Source: an uncultured delta proteobacterium (GTDB lineage Bacteria > Desulfobacterota > Syntrophorhabdia > Syntrophorhabdales > WCHB1-27). Taken from it: DNA of 64,000 nucleotides. Of the stretch, positions 1 through 9,388 are shown piece after piece. Each line of letters opens with the position of its first letter. Position 1 is the stretch's first letter. A model generated the notes under the pieces. That model was not told the DNA's origin, did not search any database, and saw nothing but the letters and a program-made list of their open reading frames with translations. The stretch lies in contig CAWIGL010000003.1 in the NCBI GenBank assembly GCA_963835595.1, forward strand, positions 321,981 to 385,980. The letters run 5' to 3'. Made by a program: the position numbers and the translations under genes.

Positions 1-2
1 CT

Positions 3-2744
3 TTCCGCTCTAAAGGGCCGACGAAGATGGGCGAGAGGTGCACGGTCTTCATCGAGTCCGACGTGATGCACCACCAGCAGTCGGGGTCGAAGACGGACGA
101 TATCGTCGCGGGCCTCTGCTATTCGATAGTGCTCAATTACCTGAACAAGGTCGTTGGCGACAGGCGCGTCGGCAACAAGATATTCTTCCAGGGCGGCACT
201 GCCTTCAACAAAGGCGTAGTGGCTGCCTTCGAGAAGGTCTGCGGCAAGCCCATCACCGTGCCGTCGCACCATGACGTGACCGGGGCGATAGGCGCGGCGA
301 TACTGGCGATGAAGGAGAGGACCTGGGAGAAGAGCACCTTCAAGGGGTTCGACCTGAGCAAGCGGCGATACGATATCGAGACCTTCGAGTGCAAGGGGTG
401 CGAGAACCTCTGCGAGATCAGGAAGGTTACGTGCGAGGGCGAGACGCCGCTTTATTATGGCAGCAGGTGCGAGAAGTACGACGTGGTCAGGCGCGGGAAG
501 AAGACAACGGCGAAGGACCTTTTCAAGCTCAGGGAAGACCTGCTCAACAACACGTACGAGCGGGTCGGGGACGGGGAGGTCATCGGCGTGCCGAAGATGC
601 TCAACATGCACGAGCTCCTTCCCTTCTGGCGCAGCTTCCTGACTGAGCTGGGCTTTTCGGTCGTCCTCTCAGACTCGACGAACAAGAAGGTCATCAAGGA
701 AGGGGTGGAGAACATTATCGTCGAGTCGTGCTTCCCCATCAAGCTGGCCCACGGCCACATACTCAACATAATGGATAAGGGGATAAAGCGCGTCTTCATG
801 CCGAGCGTCATAAGCCTCAAGAAACAGTCGGAAGGCGTATTGAACAGCTTTTCGTGCCCCTACGCGCAGTCCCTGCCGTATACGTCGAGGGCATCCATCG
901 ATTTCGAGCGGGAGGGCGTGAAGGTAGACTCTCCGATCGTCTATTTCGGCAATGGGCCGAAGGTGGCCCTGGCCAACCTGACCGCATTCGGCAAGACCCT
1001 GGGGAAATCGAAGAAGGCGGTCGAGGAGGCGTTTTCCGTAGCCAACGACGTGCAGGAGCACTTCTACCGGAGCTGCCTGGAAGAGGGGTCGGGCTTTCTT
1101 TCGGCCCTGAAGCCGGGCGAGAAGGTGATGGTCCTCGTCGGCAGGCCGTACAACAGCATGGACCCCGGCGCGAGCCTGAACGTCCACAAGAAGCTTTCCG
1201 ACCTCGGCGTCGCCTCCGTCCCGATAGACATGCTCCCCCTCGACGATGTGGAGGAGGACGAGGACCTGAGGGACATGTACTGGGGCTACGGCCAGAAGAT
1301 ACTCAGGGCGGGCAAGATCATCAGGTCGAACCCTAACCTCTATGCCGTCTATATCACCAATTTCGGCTGCGGCCCCGACTCGTTCATCACGCATTTCTTC
1401 AAGAAGATCATGGAAGGCAAGCCCTTCCTGCAACTGGAGATCGACGAGCACAGCGGCGACGCAGGAATCATCACGCGCCTGGAGGCGTTCCTCGACAGCA
1501 TCAAGAACGCGAGGATCGAGCCGAGGCCCGAAAAGCGCGCAGTCTCGTCCTTCAAGGGGGACGGCCGCCGGAAGATCTACATCCCTTACATGTCGGACCA
1601 TTCCTTCGCATTTGCCGGGGCCTTCCGGGCCTGCGGCGTGGACGCCGAGGTCATGCGTGAATCGGACGAGGAGACGGTGCAGATCGGCCGGAAATTTACC
1701 CTAGGCAAGGAGTGCTACCCGTGCATCCTCACGACCGGCGACATGCTCAAGACGAGCCGGAGGCCTGATTTCGACCCGGACAGGAGCGCCTTTTTCATGC
1801 CCTCCGGCAGCGGCCCGTGCCGTTTCGGCCAGTACCACCGCTTCCACAGGATGGTGCTCTCCGAGCACGGCTTCGACAACGTCCCCATCTATTCGCCGAA
1901 CCAGGACGACAGGCTCTATCACGAGCTGGACATCCTGGGCGGCAGGTTCTCCCGCCTCGGATGGAGGGCCATCCTCGCGACCGACTTCCTCGTCAAGATG
2001 GTGCACCAGACGCGTCCCTACGAGGCGGTCAGGGGAGAGACGGACCGCGCATATGCGGAGGCCCTGCGGAGCGTCGAGCGGGCCATAGAGGCGGGCGGAG
2101 ACCAGGTGTACGGGGCGCTAGAAGGCGCGGTTGACCGCTTCCTCGCGGTCAGGACAACGGGCGGCGAAAGGCCGATAGTGGGGATCGTCGGCGAGATCTA
2201 TATACGGTCGAACCGGTTCAGCAACAGCGACCTCGTCCGCAAGGTGGAGGAGTTCGGAGGGGAGGCGCGGCTCGCCCCTATCTCCGAATGGATTACCTAC
2301 GTCAATTATATGGGGAAGAAGAAGAGCCAGCACCGCACCGGCCTGTCGAATTTCTTCCACATCGTGCTGACCGAGTACATCCAGAGGAAGGACGAGCACC
2401 GCATGGAGAGGATATTCGAGCGCTACCTGAGACAGGGCAGGGAGCCCAAGATCAGGCACGTCCTCAACCAGGCGATGCCGTATATAGACGAAAGCTTCGA
2501 AGGCGAGGCCATCCTGAGCGTCGGCAAGAGCATCGACTTCATCACGAAGGGCGCATCCGGCATAATCAACGCGATGCCTTTTACGTGTATGCCTGGGACG
2601 GTGTCTAGCGCCATCCTTAAGCTGATCCAGAACAAATACGACGTGCCGGTCATCAACGTGGCCTACGACGGCCAAGGGGAGAGCAACACCACAACTCGTC
2701 TGGAGGCGTTTATGCACCAGGTGAGCGAATATAATAGGAAATAG
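3..2744 (+). CDS. Multidomain acyl-CoA dehydratase activase-like protein (BadF/BcrA-type ATPase + DUF2229 region), 5'-truncated by window edge
   Basis: Frame open from window start. Activase motifs RCTVFIESD and FQGGTAFN...TGAIGAA; later CFPIKLAHGH, NFGCGPDS, GPCRFGQY, PFTCMPG and TRLEAF motifs. Confidence 0.85.
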   Translation, partial: FRSKGPTKMGERCTVFIESDVMHHQQSGSKTDDIVAGLCYSIVLNYLNKVVGDRRVGNKIFFQGGTAFNKGVVAAFEKVCGKPITVPSHHDVTGAIGAAILAMKERTWEKSTFKGFDLSKRRYDIETFECKGCENLCEIRKVTCEGETPLYYGSRCEKYDVVRRGKKTTAKDLFKLREDLLNNTYERVGDGEVIGVPKMLNMHELLPFWRSFLTELGFSVVLSDSTNKKVIKEGVENIIVESCFPIKLAHGHILNIMDKGIKRVFMPSVISLKKQSEGVLNSFSCPYAQSLPYTSRASIDFEREGVKVDSPIVYFGNGPKVALANLTAFGKTLGKSKKAVEEAFSVANDVQEHFYRSCLEEGSGFLSALKPGEKVMVLVGRPYNSMDPGASLNVHKKLSDLGVASVPIDMLPLDDVEEDEDLRDMYWGYGQKILRAGKIIRSNPNLYAVYITNFGCGPDSFITHFFKKIMEGKPFLQLEIDEHSGDAGIITRLEAFLDSIKNARIEPRPEKRAVSSFKGDGRRKIYIPYMSDHSFAFAGAFRACGVDAEVMRESDEETVQIGRKFTLGKECYPCILTTGDMLKTSRRPDFDPDRSAFFMPSGSGPCRFGQYHRFHRMVLSEHGFDNVPIYSPNQDDRLYHELDILGGRFSRLGWRAILATDFLVKMVHQTRPYEAVRGETDRAYAEALRSVERAIEAGGDQVYGALEGAVDRFLAVRTTGGERPIVGIVGEIYIRSNRFSNSDLVRKVEEFGGEARLAPISEWITYVNYMGKKKSQHRTGLSNFFHIVLTEYIQRKDEHRMERIFERYLRQGREPKIRHVLNQAMPYIDESFEGEAILSVGKSIDFITKGASGIINAMPFTCMPGTVSSAILKLIQNKYDVPVINVAYDGQGESNTTTRLEAFMHQVSEYNRK

Positions 2745-2767
2745 TGGGGGGGCCGGGCGTAGGGATT

Positions 2768-2897
2768 GGGGCCGGGACCTTTTTGCGCCTTTTCCCTGTC
2801 TCGCCTGGGCCGCGCCTCCTCGACGTACTTCTACTGTACAGTCTCGTCGGGCGGCCCGTCGATCACGGAAAAATCCATCGAAAATCTCTCCGGCCCC
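2768..2897. repeat. REP/MITE-like palindromic element, copy 1
   Basis: Ends GGGGCCGGGA...TCTCCGGCCCC are inverted. The 3' 24-mer tccatcgaaaatctctccggcccc (2874-2897) is identical to 17502-17525. Confidence 0.75.
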
Positions 2898-2977
2898 CTT
2901 GCGCATCCGTACGCCCTTATCTTACAGATTTCGCTTCCCGATGATCCCCTGTTCCCTTTTCGCCCTCATATTGATCC

Positions 2978-3006
2978 TTGACAGGCTCTTATCGGTACTC
3001 TATGCT
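2978..3006 (+). promoter_or_regulatory. sigma70-type promoter of TA module 1
   Basis: TTGACA-17nt-TATGCT, followed by GGGAGG RBS and ATG at 3026. Confidence 0.65.
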
Positions 3007-3025
3007 AGGTTGCGGGAGGTAAGAC

Positions 3026-3244
3026 ATGACGAAGTTGCTGGAAAAGGCTTTCACCCAGGCGGCCAGGCTTCCCGAGACCGAGCAGAACGCCCTGGCGAAG
3101 TGGGTATTGGAAGAGCTTGAAGCGGAAAGAAAATGGGAGACGGCCTTTGCCGGGTCGGAGGACGTCCTGGACAGGCTCGCCGCTGAGGCCCTTGACGCGC
3201 ACAGCAAAGGGAAAACAAGACCTTTAAACCTCAAGTCTCTATGA
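3026..3244 (+). CDS. Putative antitoxin (MTKLLEKAF-type small protein)
   Basis: 72-aa acidic/helical ORF with GGAGG RBS; ATGA overlap with the downstream RelE-like gene. Confidence 0.75.
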   Translation: MTKLLEKAFTQAARLPETEQNALAKWVLEELEAERKWETAFAGSEDVLDRLAAEALDAHSKGKTRPLNLKSL

Positions 3245-3519
3245 CCTCCCGTATAACCGACCGTTTCCGGCAATGCTACAGAGAATTGCCGGAAGACGTA
3301 CAAAAAGAGGCGAGGAACGCCTATAAGAGGTTCAAGGAAAACCCCTATCATCCCGGTCTTCGTTTCAAACGCGTGCATTCTACCCGGCCGATATTCTCGC
3401 TGCGCATCACAAGGGACTACCGCGCTGTTGGAATACTCCAGGATAAGCAAATGATATGGTTCTAGATCGGCTCCCACGCTGACTACGACCACCTATTGAA
3501 GCAGCTAAGGGCTGGCTAA
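3241..3519 (+). pseudogene. RelE/ParE-superfamily toxin interrupted by an in-frame TAG (3463-3465)
   Basis: NPYHPGLRFKRV...SLRITRDYRAVG...IWF*IGSHADYDHLL; the TAG sits where the family has W in WFWIGSHADYD; frame continues to TAA at 3519. Confidence 0.75.
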
Positions 3520-3637
3520 AAATAGGTAACCCGGCCCGGCCCCTGGATGCGGGCGGCCTCGGGAAAAGGGTCGGCAAAAGGGGACAGGCTACTTTTCTTA
3601 CGAGTTTTTTACTTATTTACGGTCATCCAATTGTGCT

Positions 3638-3716
3638 CTGTGCCCGGCCGACAAAGATGTTAAAATATCTCCAGGATAATCAATCTTTCAATGGGCAATC
3701 CAATCTGATTATATTG
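3638..3716. repeat. Direct repeat copy 1 (duplicate of corC/tlyC promoter and first codons)
   Basis: 3638-3707 matches 4522-4591 with 3 mismatches; 3708-3716 (attatattg) matches 4617-4625. Confidence 0.9.
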
Positions 3717-3753
3717 GAGGCCAAACGGCTGCATCGGTCCAGACGGAGCAACA

Positions 3754-4155
3754 TCACCGCCAGAGCGTTCTGAGGCCGATCTTTCGGTAGGCGCCGATGC
3801 TCTTGTCCTTTGTGATGAGTGTGACTTTCTTCTTGATGGCCTGCCAGACGACGAGCCGGTCGAAAGGGTCTTTATGCGTAGTGCGCGGAAGCTTGTAGAA
3901 AGTTGACGCCGTATCCGCGTCTAGATCCATGATCTCGAAACCCATTTGCCTGGAGATATCCGGAAGGGCGTCAGGTAGCACATTCGTGAGCACGAGCTTG
4001 CCCAAAGCGTATTTCAAGGATATCTCCCAGTGCGTTGCGGCGCTTACATAAACCGTATTGTCGGTGTCCTCTATCGCCTGACGGGCCTTTTTGCTAAGCT
4101 TGTCCGGCTCGAACACAGCCCAAAGGAAGACGTGCGTATCGAGCAGGTAGTTCAT
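3754..4155 (-). CDS. vapC: VapC-family PIN-domain toxin
   Basis: YLLDTHVFLW start, VSAATHWEISLK, HKDPFDRLVVWQA and LITKD motifs. Confidence 0.9.
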   Translation of the reverse strand: MNYLLDTHVFLWAVFEPDKLSKKARQAIEDTDNTVYVSAATHWEISLKYALGKLVLTNVLPDALPDISRQMGFEIMDLDADTASTFYKLPRTTHKDPFDRLVVWQAIKKKVTLITKDKSIGAYRKIGLRTLWR

Positions 4156-4391
4156 AGGGCAAGCAGATCGTCGTCAGCGATTTCGAATCCAGGGCGGATC
4201 TCGAATCCGGCCTTTTGTTGAAGCAATCCGAGCTTTCTGCGCCCCTCAGGGCGATGCTCTTGGTAGGGCACTATTACCGCCACCTTCTTCTTTTTCTTCC
4301 CGTAGGCGATCGCAATCTTCTCCCCGCGTTTAACCTGTTCCAAAATATCCGAAAAATGGGACTTAATCTCGCCAACGCCCAACGTTTTCAT
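4152..4391 (-). CDS. Phd/YefM-family antitoxin
   Basis: MKTLGVGEIKSHFSDILEQVKRGEKIAI; overlaps vapC start. Confidence 0.85.
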   Translation of the reverse strand: MKTLGVGEIKSHFSDILEQVKRGEKIAIAYGKKKKKVAVIVPYQEHRPEGRRKLGLLQQKAGFEIRPGFEIADDDLLAL

Positions 4392-4428
4392 GCAGTTGAC
4401 CTCGACTAAAAGAAATATACTCAGGTAT

Positions 4429-4443
4429 TTGACAAGTTGTCAA
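4429..4443 (-). promoter_or_regulatory. Palindromic operator overlapping the -35 of the phd-vapC promoter
   Basis: TTGACAA-G-TTGTCAA perfect palindrome; on the minus strand TTGACA then TATATT 18 nt later, upstream of ATG 4391. Confidence 0.6.
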
Positions 4444-4521
4444 GAAGAATTCAAGTACTATGAAATCCGAGCGTATTTCATCCGTCAGGGCATATCGTGG
4501 CGGTATATGATTACGGCATAA

Positions 4522-4625
4522 CTGCGCCCGGCCGAAAAAGATGTTAAAATATCTCCAGGATAATCAATCCTTCAATGGGCAATCCAATCTGGTCCATAGC
4601 CGTCATCATCGGCCTGATTATATTG
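4522..4625. repeat. Direct repeat copy 2 (native corC/tlyC promoter and 5' end)
   Basis: Matches 3638-3716, except that 4592-4616 is missing from copy 1. Confidence 0.9.
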
Positions 4626-5875
4626 AACGGGTTTTTTTCCGCCGGCGAGTTCGCCATCATCTCGGCGAGGAAGAGCAAGATCAAGGAGATGGTCAAGGAG
4701 GGGGCGGACAAAAGGGCGGCGGCGCTTCTGCGGATGCGGGAGAAGCCTGAGACCTTCCTTTCCCTCGTCCAGATCGGGATCACCCTCGTCGGCACACTTG
4801 CCTCAGCCATCGGGGGCATCATCTCCGTGACCTACGTGCGGCCCATCGTGAGCCGGGTGCCCTACCTGGCGGGCGCATCCGAGACCGTCTCCCTTATCAT
4901 CGTCGTCATAGCCCTCACCTACGTGATTATCGTTGTGGGAGAGCTGCTGCCGAAGTACATAGGCATCAATTACAGGGAGCGGGCAGCCCTTAAGGTCCTG
5001 CCCCTTTTCGAGGTATTGGCCAGGGTCCTCGCAGTCCCCGTCTGGATCCTCAATGTCTCGGCCTCGGCCGTGACGAGGCTTCTGGGCCTCAAAAGGGTTG
5101 ACGAGGTGATCGGGGAGGACGAGATCAAGGTGCTCCTGGAAGAAGGCAGGCTTAAGGGCGTCTTCGACAGGACCGAGGAGGAATTGATCCACAGCGTCTT
5201 CGAGTTCGCAGACCGGTCGGCCAAGGAGATCATGGTGCCCCGCCCGAACGTCTACGCCCTCGACATCGAAAAGCCGCAGGACGAGAACGTGCGCTATATA
5301 GTCGAGAACGAGTTTTCCCGCTACCCGGTCTACAGGGACCATCTGGACAGGATAGTCGGCATCGTCTACCAGAAGGACGTCATGCGGACGCTATGGCTTG
5401 GCAAGCCCCTGGAGCTTGAGGAGATATTGAAAAGGCCGTATTTCGTCCCCGACACGATGAAGATAAGCGCCCTTTTCAAGGACATGCAGAAGCGGCGCAT
5501 ACACCTCGCGGTCGTGGTCGATGAATACGGCACGACTGCGGGCATAGTGACCCTCGAAGACATCGTGGAAGAGATCTTCGGGGAGATCATGGACGAGACG
5601 GACGTGGACATGCGGGTCGAAAGGAGCAAGGACGGCTCGCTTACGGTCGATGGGTCGTATTCCGTCCGCGACCTGAACAATACGCTGGACCTGGACCTTC
5701 CCGAATCCCCGGACTACGAAACCCTCGGCGGCTTCATCCTGTCGCATATCCAGGGCATAGCCAGGGGGGAGAGATCGTTAATGTCGGCGGCTACAGCCTG
5801 ACGGTGGTAGGCATCAACGGAAGAAGGATCACGAAGATAAAGATACAGAAGACGGGACGCCAGGCCAAGGCTTGA
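4575..5875 (+). CDS. HlyC/CorC-family protein (CNNM + 2 CBS + CorC_HlyC); apparent frameshift near 5764-5770
   Basis: NGFFSAGEFAIISAR, VGELLPK, IMVPR, FSRYPVY, VVDEYG...TLEDIVEEIFGEI, YETLGG. C-terminus (GEIVNVGGYSLTVVGINGRRITKIKI) continues in another frame after a G-run, to TGA at 5875. Confidence 0.9.
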
Positions 5876-5892
5876 GCGCGCCCGGCGCGCCT

Positions 5893-6072
5893 TCAGGCGT
5901 CCGTTTCATTGTCCGTGCCTGCGGGGGCCGGCGCTTCCGGCTGCTCTTCCTCGGCCCTGTTCTTCAGCCGCTCGCTTTTGCCGTGCCTCAAGGCCATCTT
6001 CTCTGCGGCCTTGTCTTTCCGCTTCATCTCCTTCTGGCGTTTTAAAAAGCTATGTTGGCTCCGTTTTGCCAT
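5893..6072 (-). CDS. Small basic protein, 59 aa (MAKRSQHSFLKRQKEMKRKDKAAEK...)
   Basis: Read manually; absent from the ORF track. GAGGAGGAGG RBS, ATG at 6072, TGA at 5893. Confidence 0.7.
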   Translation of the reverse strand: MAKRSQHSFLKRQKEMKRKDKAAEKMALRHGKSERLKNRAEEEQPEAPAPAGTDNETDA

Positions 6073-6323
6073 GCCTCCTCCTCGCTCTTATAGTCCCGCT
6101 GCGCCCCCGTCCTCGAAGCTCCGGTTTTCGGCAAGGACCGGAATAATGCGACCGGTGCTTTCGGAATACTTGGATTATGGCGCTTACGCGATTTTTTGTC
6201 AAGAAAGATAGAGCCGGCCGGGTCTTTGGCGCCCTATCTTAGAGTCGCGCAGCGGAGGCGCGTGCGCTTTCCGCCCCCACTTGAACTCGGCCCGCCTATT
6301 GGGTTTAACTATTAGCATCGGGA

Positions 6324-7028
6324 ATGAAAGATAACGATTCGATATATCACGTCTTTCACGATCTTGCAGACCTCATGAAGGGGGTTTGCGGCACGACGCC
6401 TGAAGTTGGGGAAGAGCACCCCTCCGCCCCCGCTGCGCCGCAGCCCGCGGCAGAGCCGCCCGACGAGGCGGCCGTTTTCGTCGAGGCCATGAAGGACGTC
6501 AGGAAGGTCGAGGCGAGGCAGAAGAGGGTTGCCGGCCCGAAAAAGGGCGGCACAGGGACGGGAACTGCCATACCCGGCCCGCGACAGTGCGACGGGCCGA
6601 CGATGGACGAGCTGCTGCGCGAGTCGTCGCCCCTCAACGTCGTAAATCTCCCCGAATATATGGAAGGATACGTGGAAGGCACAAGCCCCCTTGTCCTCGA
6701 CAAGCTGCGGGGCGGCGCGTTCTCCGTCCAGAAGGCCCTCGACCTGCACGGGTTTACGTCGGCGCAGGCGTTCGACGTATTTCACGCCTTCCTCGAAGAA
6801 GCGGTCCAATCGGGGCTGCGCTGCGTCAAGGTCATCCACGGCAGGGGGTTGAGGTCGAGGCGCGGCCCGGTGCTGAAAGAAAAGCTGAAGGAGTGGCTTG
6901 TCCGGGCCATGCACCGTAAATGGGTCGTCGCCTTCGCAAGCTGCGGCATGTCAGCCGGCGGGCCGGGGGCCACCACGATACTCCTTCAGGCGCACGCGCG
7001 CAAGAAAAGGCTCCATATAATCGGATAG
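6324..7028 (+). CDS. Smr/MutS2 C-terminal domain protein
   Basis: LDLHGFT, VKVIHGRGLRS, PVLK and GGPGAT Smr motifs. Confidence 0.9.
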   Translation: MKDNDSIYHVFHDLADLMKGVCGTTPEVGEEHPSAPAAPQPAAEPPDEAAVFVEAMKDVRKVEARQKRVAGPKKGGTGTGTAIPGPRQCDGPTMDELLRESSPLNVVNLPEYMEGYVEGTSPLVLDKLRGGAFSVQKALDLHGFTSAQAFDVFHAFLEEAVQSGLRCVKVIHGRGLRSRRGPVLKEKLKEWLVRAMHRKWVVAFASCGMSAGGPGATTILLQAHARKKRLHIIG

Positions 7029-7214
7029 AACGCTTCGCCGCAATAATTCTGCTTTAAAATTCAGGGTCCATCTGTTATAAGAAGAAGACGCGTAGATTAA
7101 AAACCGGCGCGGGACGAAGGCAAGGGACGCAAAGGGCGCATCACAGGGAAAAGGGCTTCAAAAAGGGCCTGTCCGTCTATCAAGGCAGCGGGCCGGCTGC
7201 ACGAGGGGGATTAT

Positions 7215-8015
7215 ATGAAGAAGGTGGGAATAATCGGCCTGGGAAACATGGGGGAGGCGATAGCCCGCGCGCTCATTGCAGCGGGCGCGGACCGCAGCGA
7301 CATCATTGCTTACGACGTAAAGCAGGAGCGGATGCGGGCGGTGGTCGAGGGCCTTAAGATAGCGCCCGCGAAGGACCTGGCAGACGTTGCCGGCCGCAGC
7401 GATTACATCATACTGGCCGTAAAGCCGCAGGACGCGAAGACGGCGATATCTGCGATGGTCGCGGGCCTCGACGAGTCCCGCGTCCTAATATCCATCATGG
7501 CGGGGACAACGACGTCGAGCATCGCTTCGATGTTGGACAAGCCGGCAAAGATCGTAAGGGTCATGCCGAACATCGGCGTCGCAGTGTGCGAGGGCGCTCT
7601 CGGCATGACCGCGAATTACATGCTCTCCCACGATGAGATGGACGGCGTGGCCCGTCTCCTTGCGCCGCTCGGCAGGGTCGTCGAGGTCCCGGAGGAGCAG
7701 ATGGACGCGGTAACGGCCCTCGGCGCGAGCGGCCCCGCCTTTTTCCTCGCTTTCCTCGAAGCTATGGTTGACGGCGGGGTGCGCATGGGCCTGCCCAGGG
7801 AGAAGGCGCACATGCTCGCCATCCAGGCGGTCAAGGGCACTGTGGCGCTCCTGGAGAAGGAGAGGACGCACCCGGCGCTCATGCGGGAAAGGGTCACCTC
7901 GCCGGGCGGCACCACGGCGGCAGGGCTTCTCGTGCTCGACGAGAGGGGCTTCAAGGGGACGGTGGTGAGGGCGCTTGAGGCCGCCCAGGTCCGCGCGAAG
8001 GAGCTTTCCAGGTAA
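7215..8015 (+). CDS. proC: Pyrroline-5-carboxylate reductase
   Basis: [24 protein letters not shown] and VTSPGGTT motifs. Confidence 0.95.
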   Translation: MKKVGIIGLGNMGEAIARALIAAGADRSDIIAYDVKQERMRAVVEGLKIAPAKDLADVAGRSDYIILAVKPQDAKTAISAMVAGLDESRVLISIMAGTTTSSIASMLDKPAKIVRVMPNIGVAVCEGALGMTANYMLSHDEMDGVARLLAPLGRVVEVPEEQMDAVTALGASGPAFFLAFLEAMVDGGVRMGLPREKAHMLAIQAVKGTVALLEKERTHPALMRERVTSPGGTTAAGLLVLDERGFKGTVVRALEAAQVRAKELSR

Positions 8016-8662
8016 TGGACAACGAATACGCGAGCCAGCGGCAGCAAATGGTGGACCTGCTCATCCAGCGCGGGATAAAGGACCCGAGGGTGCTGGACGC
8101 CTTCAGGAAGGTCCCCCGCCACCTGTTCCTCGACGAGGCCCTGCGGCCCCAGGGCTACGGCGACTACCCCCTCCCCATCGGAGAGAAGCAGACGATCTCC
8201 CAGCCCTATATGGTAGCGATCATGACCGAGGCCCTGCAGCTTACCGGGAGCGAGGAGGTGCTGGAGATAGGCACGGGATCGGGATACCAGGCGGCCATAC
8301 TTGCGGAGCTGGCGGACAGGGTCTTCACGATCGAGCGCATACCTGGGCTTGCGAAAAGGGCGCGGAAGGTGCTCGACCAGCTTCGCTACACGAACGTCGT
8401 TGTCCGCATCGGCGACGGGACGGAGGGGTGGCGCGACGAGGCGCCCTTCGAGGCCATCATCGTGACTGCGGCTGCGCCGGAGGCGCCCGACCCGCTCATG
8501 AAGCAGCTCGCCATCGGGGGCCGGATGGTCATGCCCGTCGGAGACGAGTACACCCAGGAGCTGATGGTCTATATCAAGGATGGGGAGGACCGGTACCGCG
8601 AAGAGAACTACGGCGGGTGCAGGTTCGTCAAGCTCATCGGCGAGCACGGCTGGACCGAGTGA
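8015..8662 (+). CDS. pcm: Protein-L-isoaspartate O-methyltransferase
   Basis: [34 protein letters not shown] and IIVTAAA motifs. Confidence 0.95.
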   Translation: MDNEYASQRQQMVDLLIQRGIKDPRVLDAFRKVPRHLFLDEALRPQGYGDYPLPIGEKQTISQPYMVAIMTEALQLTGSEEVLEIGTGSGYQAAILAELADRVFTIERIPGLAKRARKVLDQLRYTNVVVRIGDGTEGWRDEAPFEAIIVTAAAPEAPDPLMKQLAIGGRMVMPVGDEYTQELMVYIKDGEDRYREENYGGCRFVKLIGEHGWTE

Positions 8663-8806
8663 TCCGTCTGCCGTGAGGGCGGCGCGGCTCGCTCTTGTTA
8701 AGGGTCCGCCATATCGGGTAGAATGGAAGCGGACTACAACAGACGTGACAACGCCCCATAGGGGAAGATCGCGGTGAAATCCGGCAAACAGGAAGGAGAA
8801 GGGCAC

Positions 8807-9388
8807 ATGAAGGTCGTCGCGTTTAACGGATCGCCGAGGAGCGGCGGGAACGTCGAGACGCTGCTGTGGGAGGCGCTGCGGCCCATCGAGTACGCGGGCC
8901 ACGACGTGGCGAAGTTCAACCTTAACGAGCTTGGCATAAGTCCCTGCCAGGACTGCGGCGGGTGCGAGAAGACGGGCATCTGCGTCCAGGAGGACGACAT
9001 GGCCCTCGTATCGGACGCCATTCGCGCGGCGGACCGCATCATACTCGGCTCGCCCATCTTCTTTTTCGGCCTCTCGGCCCAGACAAAGACGATGGTGGAC
9101 AGGTGCCAGTCCTTCTGGTGCGAGAGATACATCCTCAAGCGGCCCATCGCCGGCGGGCCGGAGGGCAGAAAGGGCCTGCTCATCCTCGTGGGGGGCATGA
9201 AGAAAGAGATCGGCGTAACGTGTTCAGGCGAGACGGCGAAGGCCTTCTTCAGGACCATAAGCGTGCCCGAGCACGAGACGGTCAGCTTCCTGGGGATCGA
9301 CCGGAAAGGCGCGATCTGCGAACACCCGACCGCCCGCGACGACGTCTACCGCGCCGGGCGCAGGCTCGTCGGCCTGGAGGAGGATTGA
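8807..9388 (+). CDS. Iron-sulfur flavoprotein / NADPH-dependent FMN reductase family
   Basis: NGSPR, CxxCxxCxxxxxCxxxDDM, GSPIFF; AGGAG RBS. Confidence 0.85.
   Translation: MKVVAFNGSPRSGGNVETLLWEALRPIEYAGHDVAKFNLNELGISPCQDCGGCEKTGICVQEDDMALVSDAIRAADRIILGSPIFFFGLSAQTKTMVDRCQSFWCERYILKRPIAGGPEGRKGLLILVGGMKKEIGVTCSGETAKAFFRTISVPEHETVSFLGIDRKGAICEHPTARDDVYRAGRRLVGLEED

Noticed and set aside
7100-7160. Possible c-di-GMP-I riboswitch (GGGACGCAAAG) upstream of proC
   Set aside because: The GGCAAA/GAAA-loop first stem and the conserved second stem are absent.
8962-9384. Long N-terminal extension of fni in the ORF track
   Set aside because: It overlaps the flavoprotein gene; the RBS and homology begin at TTG 9385. 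The same applies to the extended fmt, livG and RNase H ORFs.
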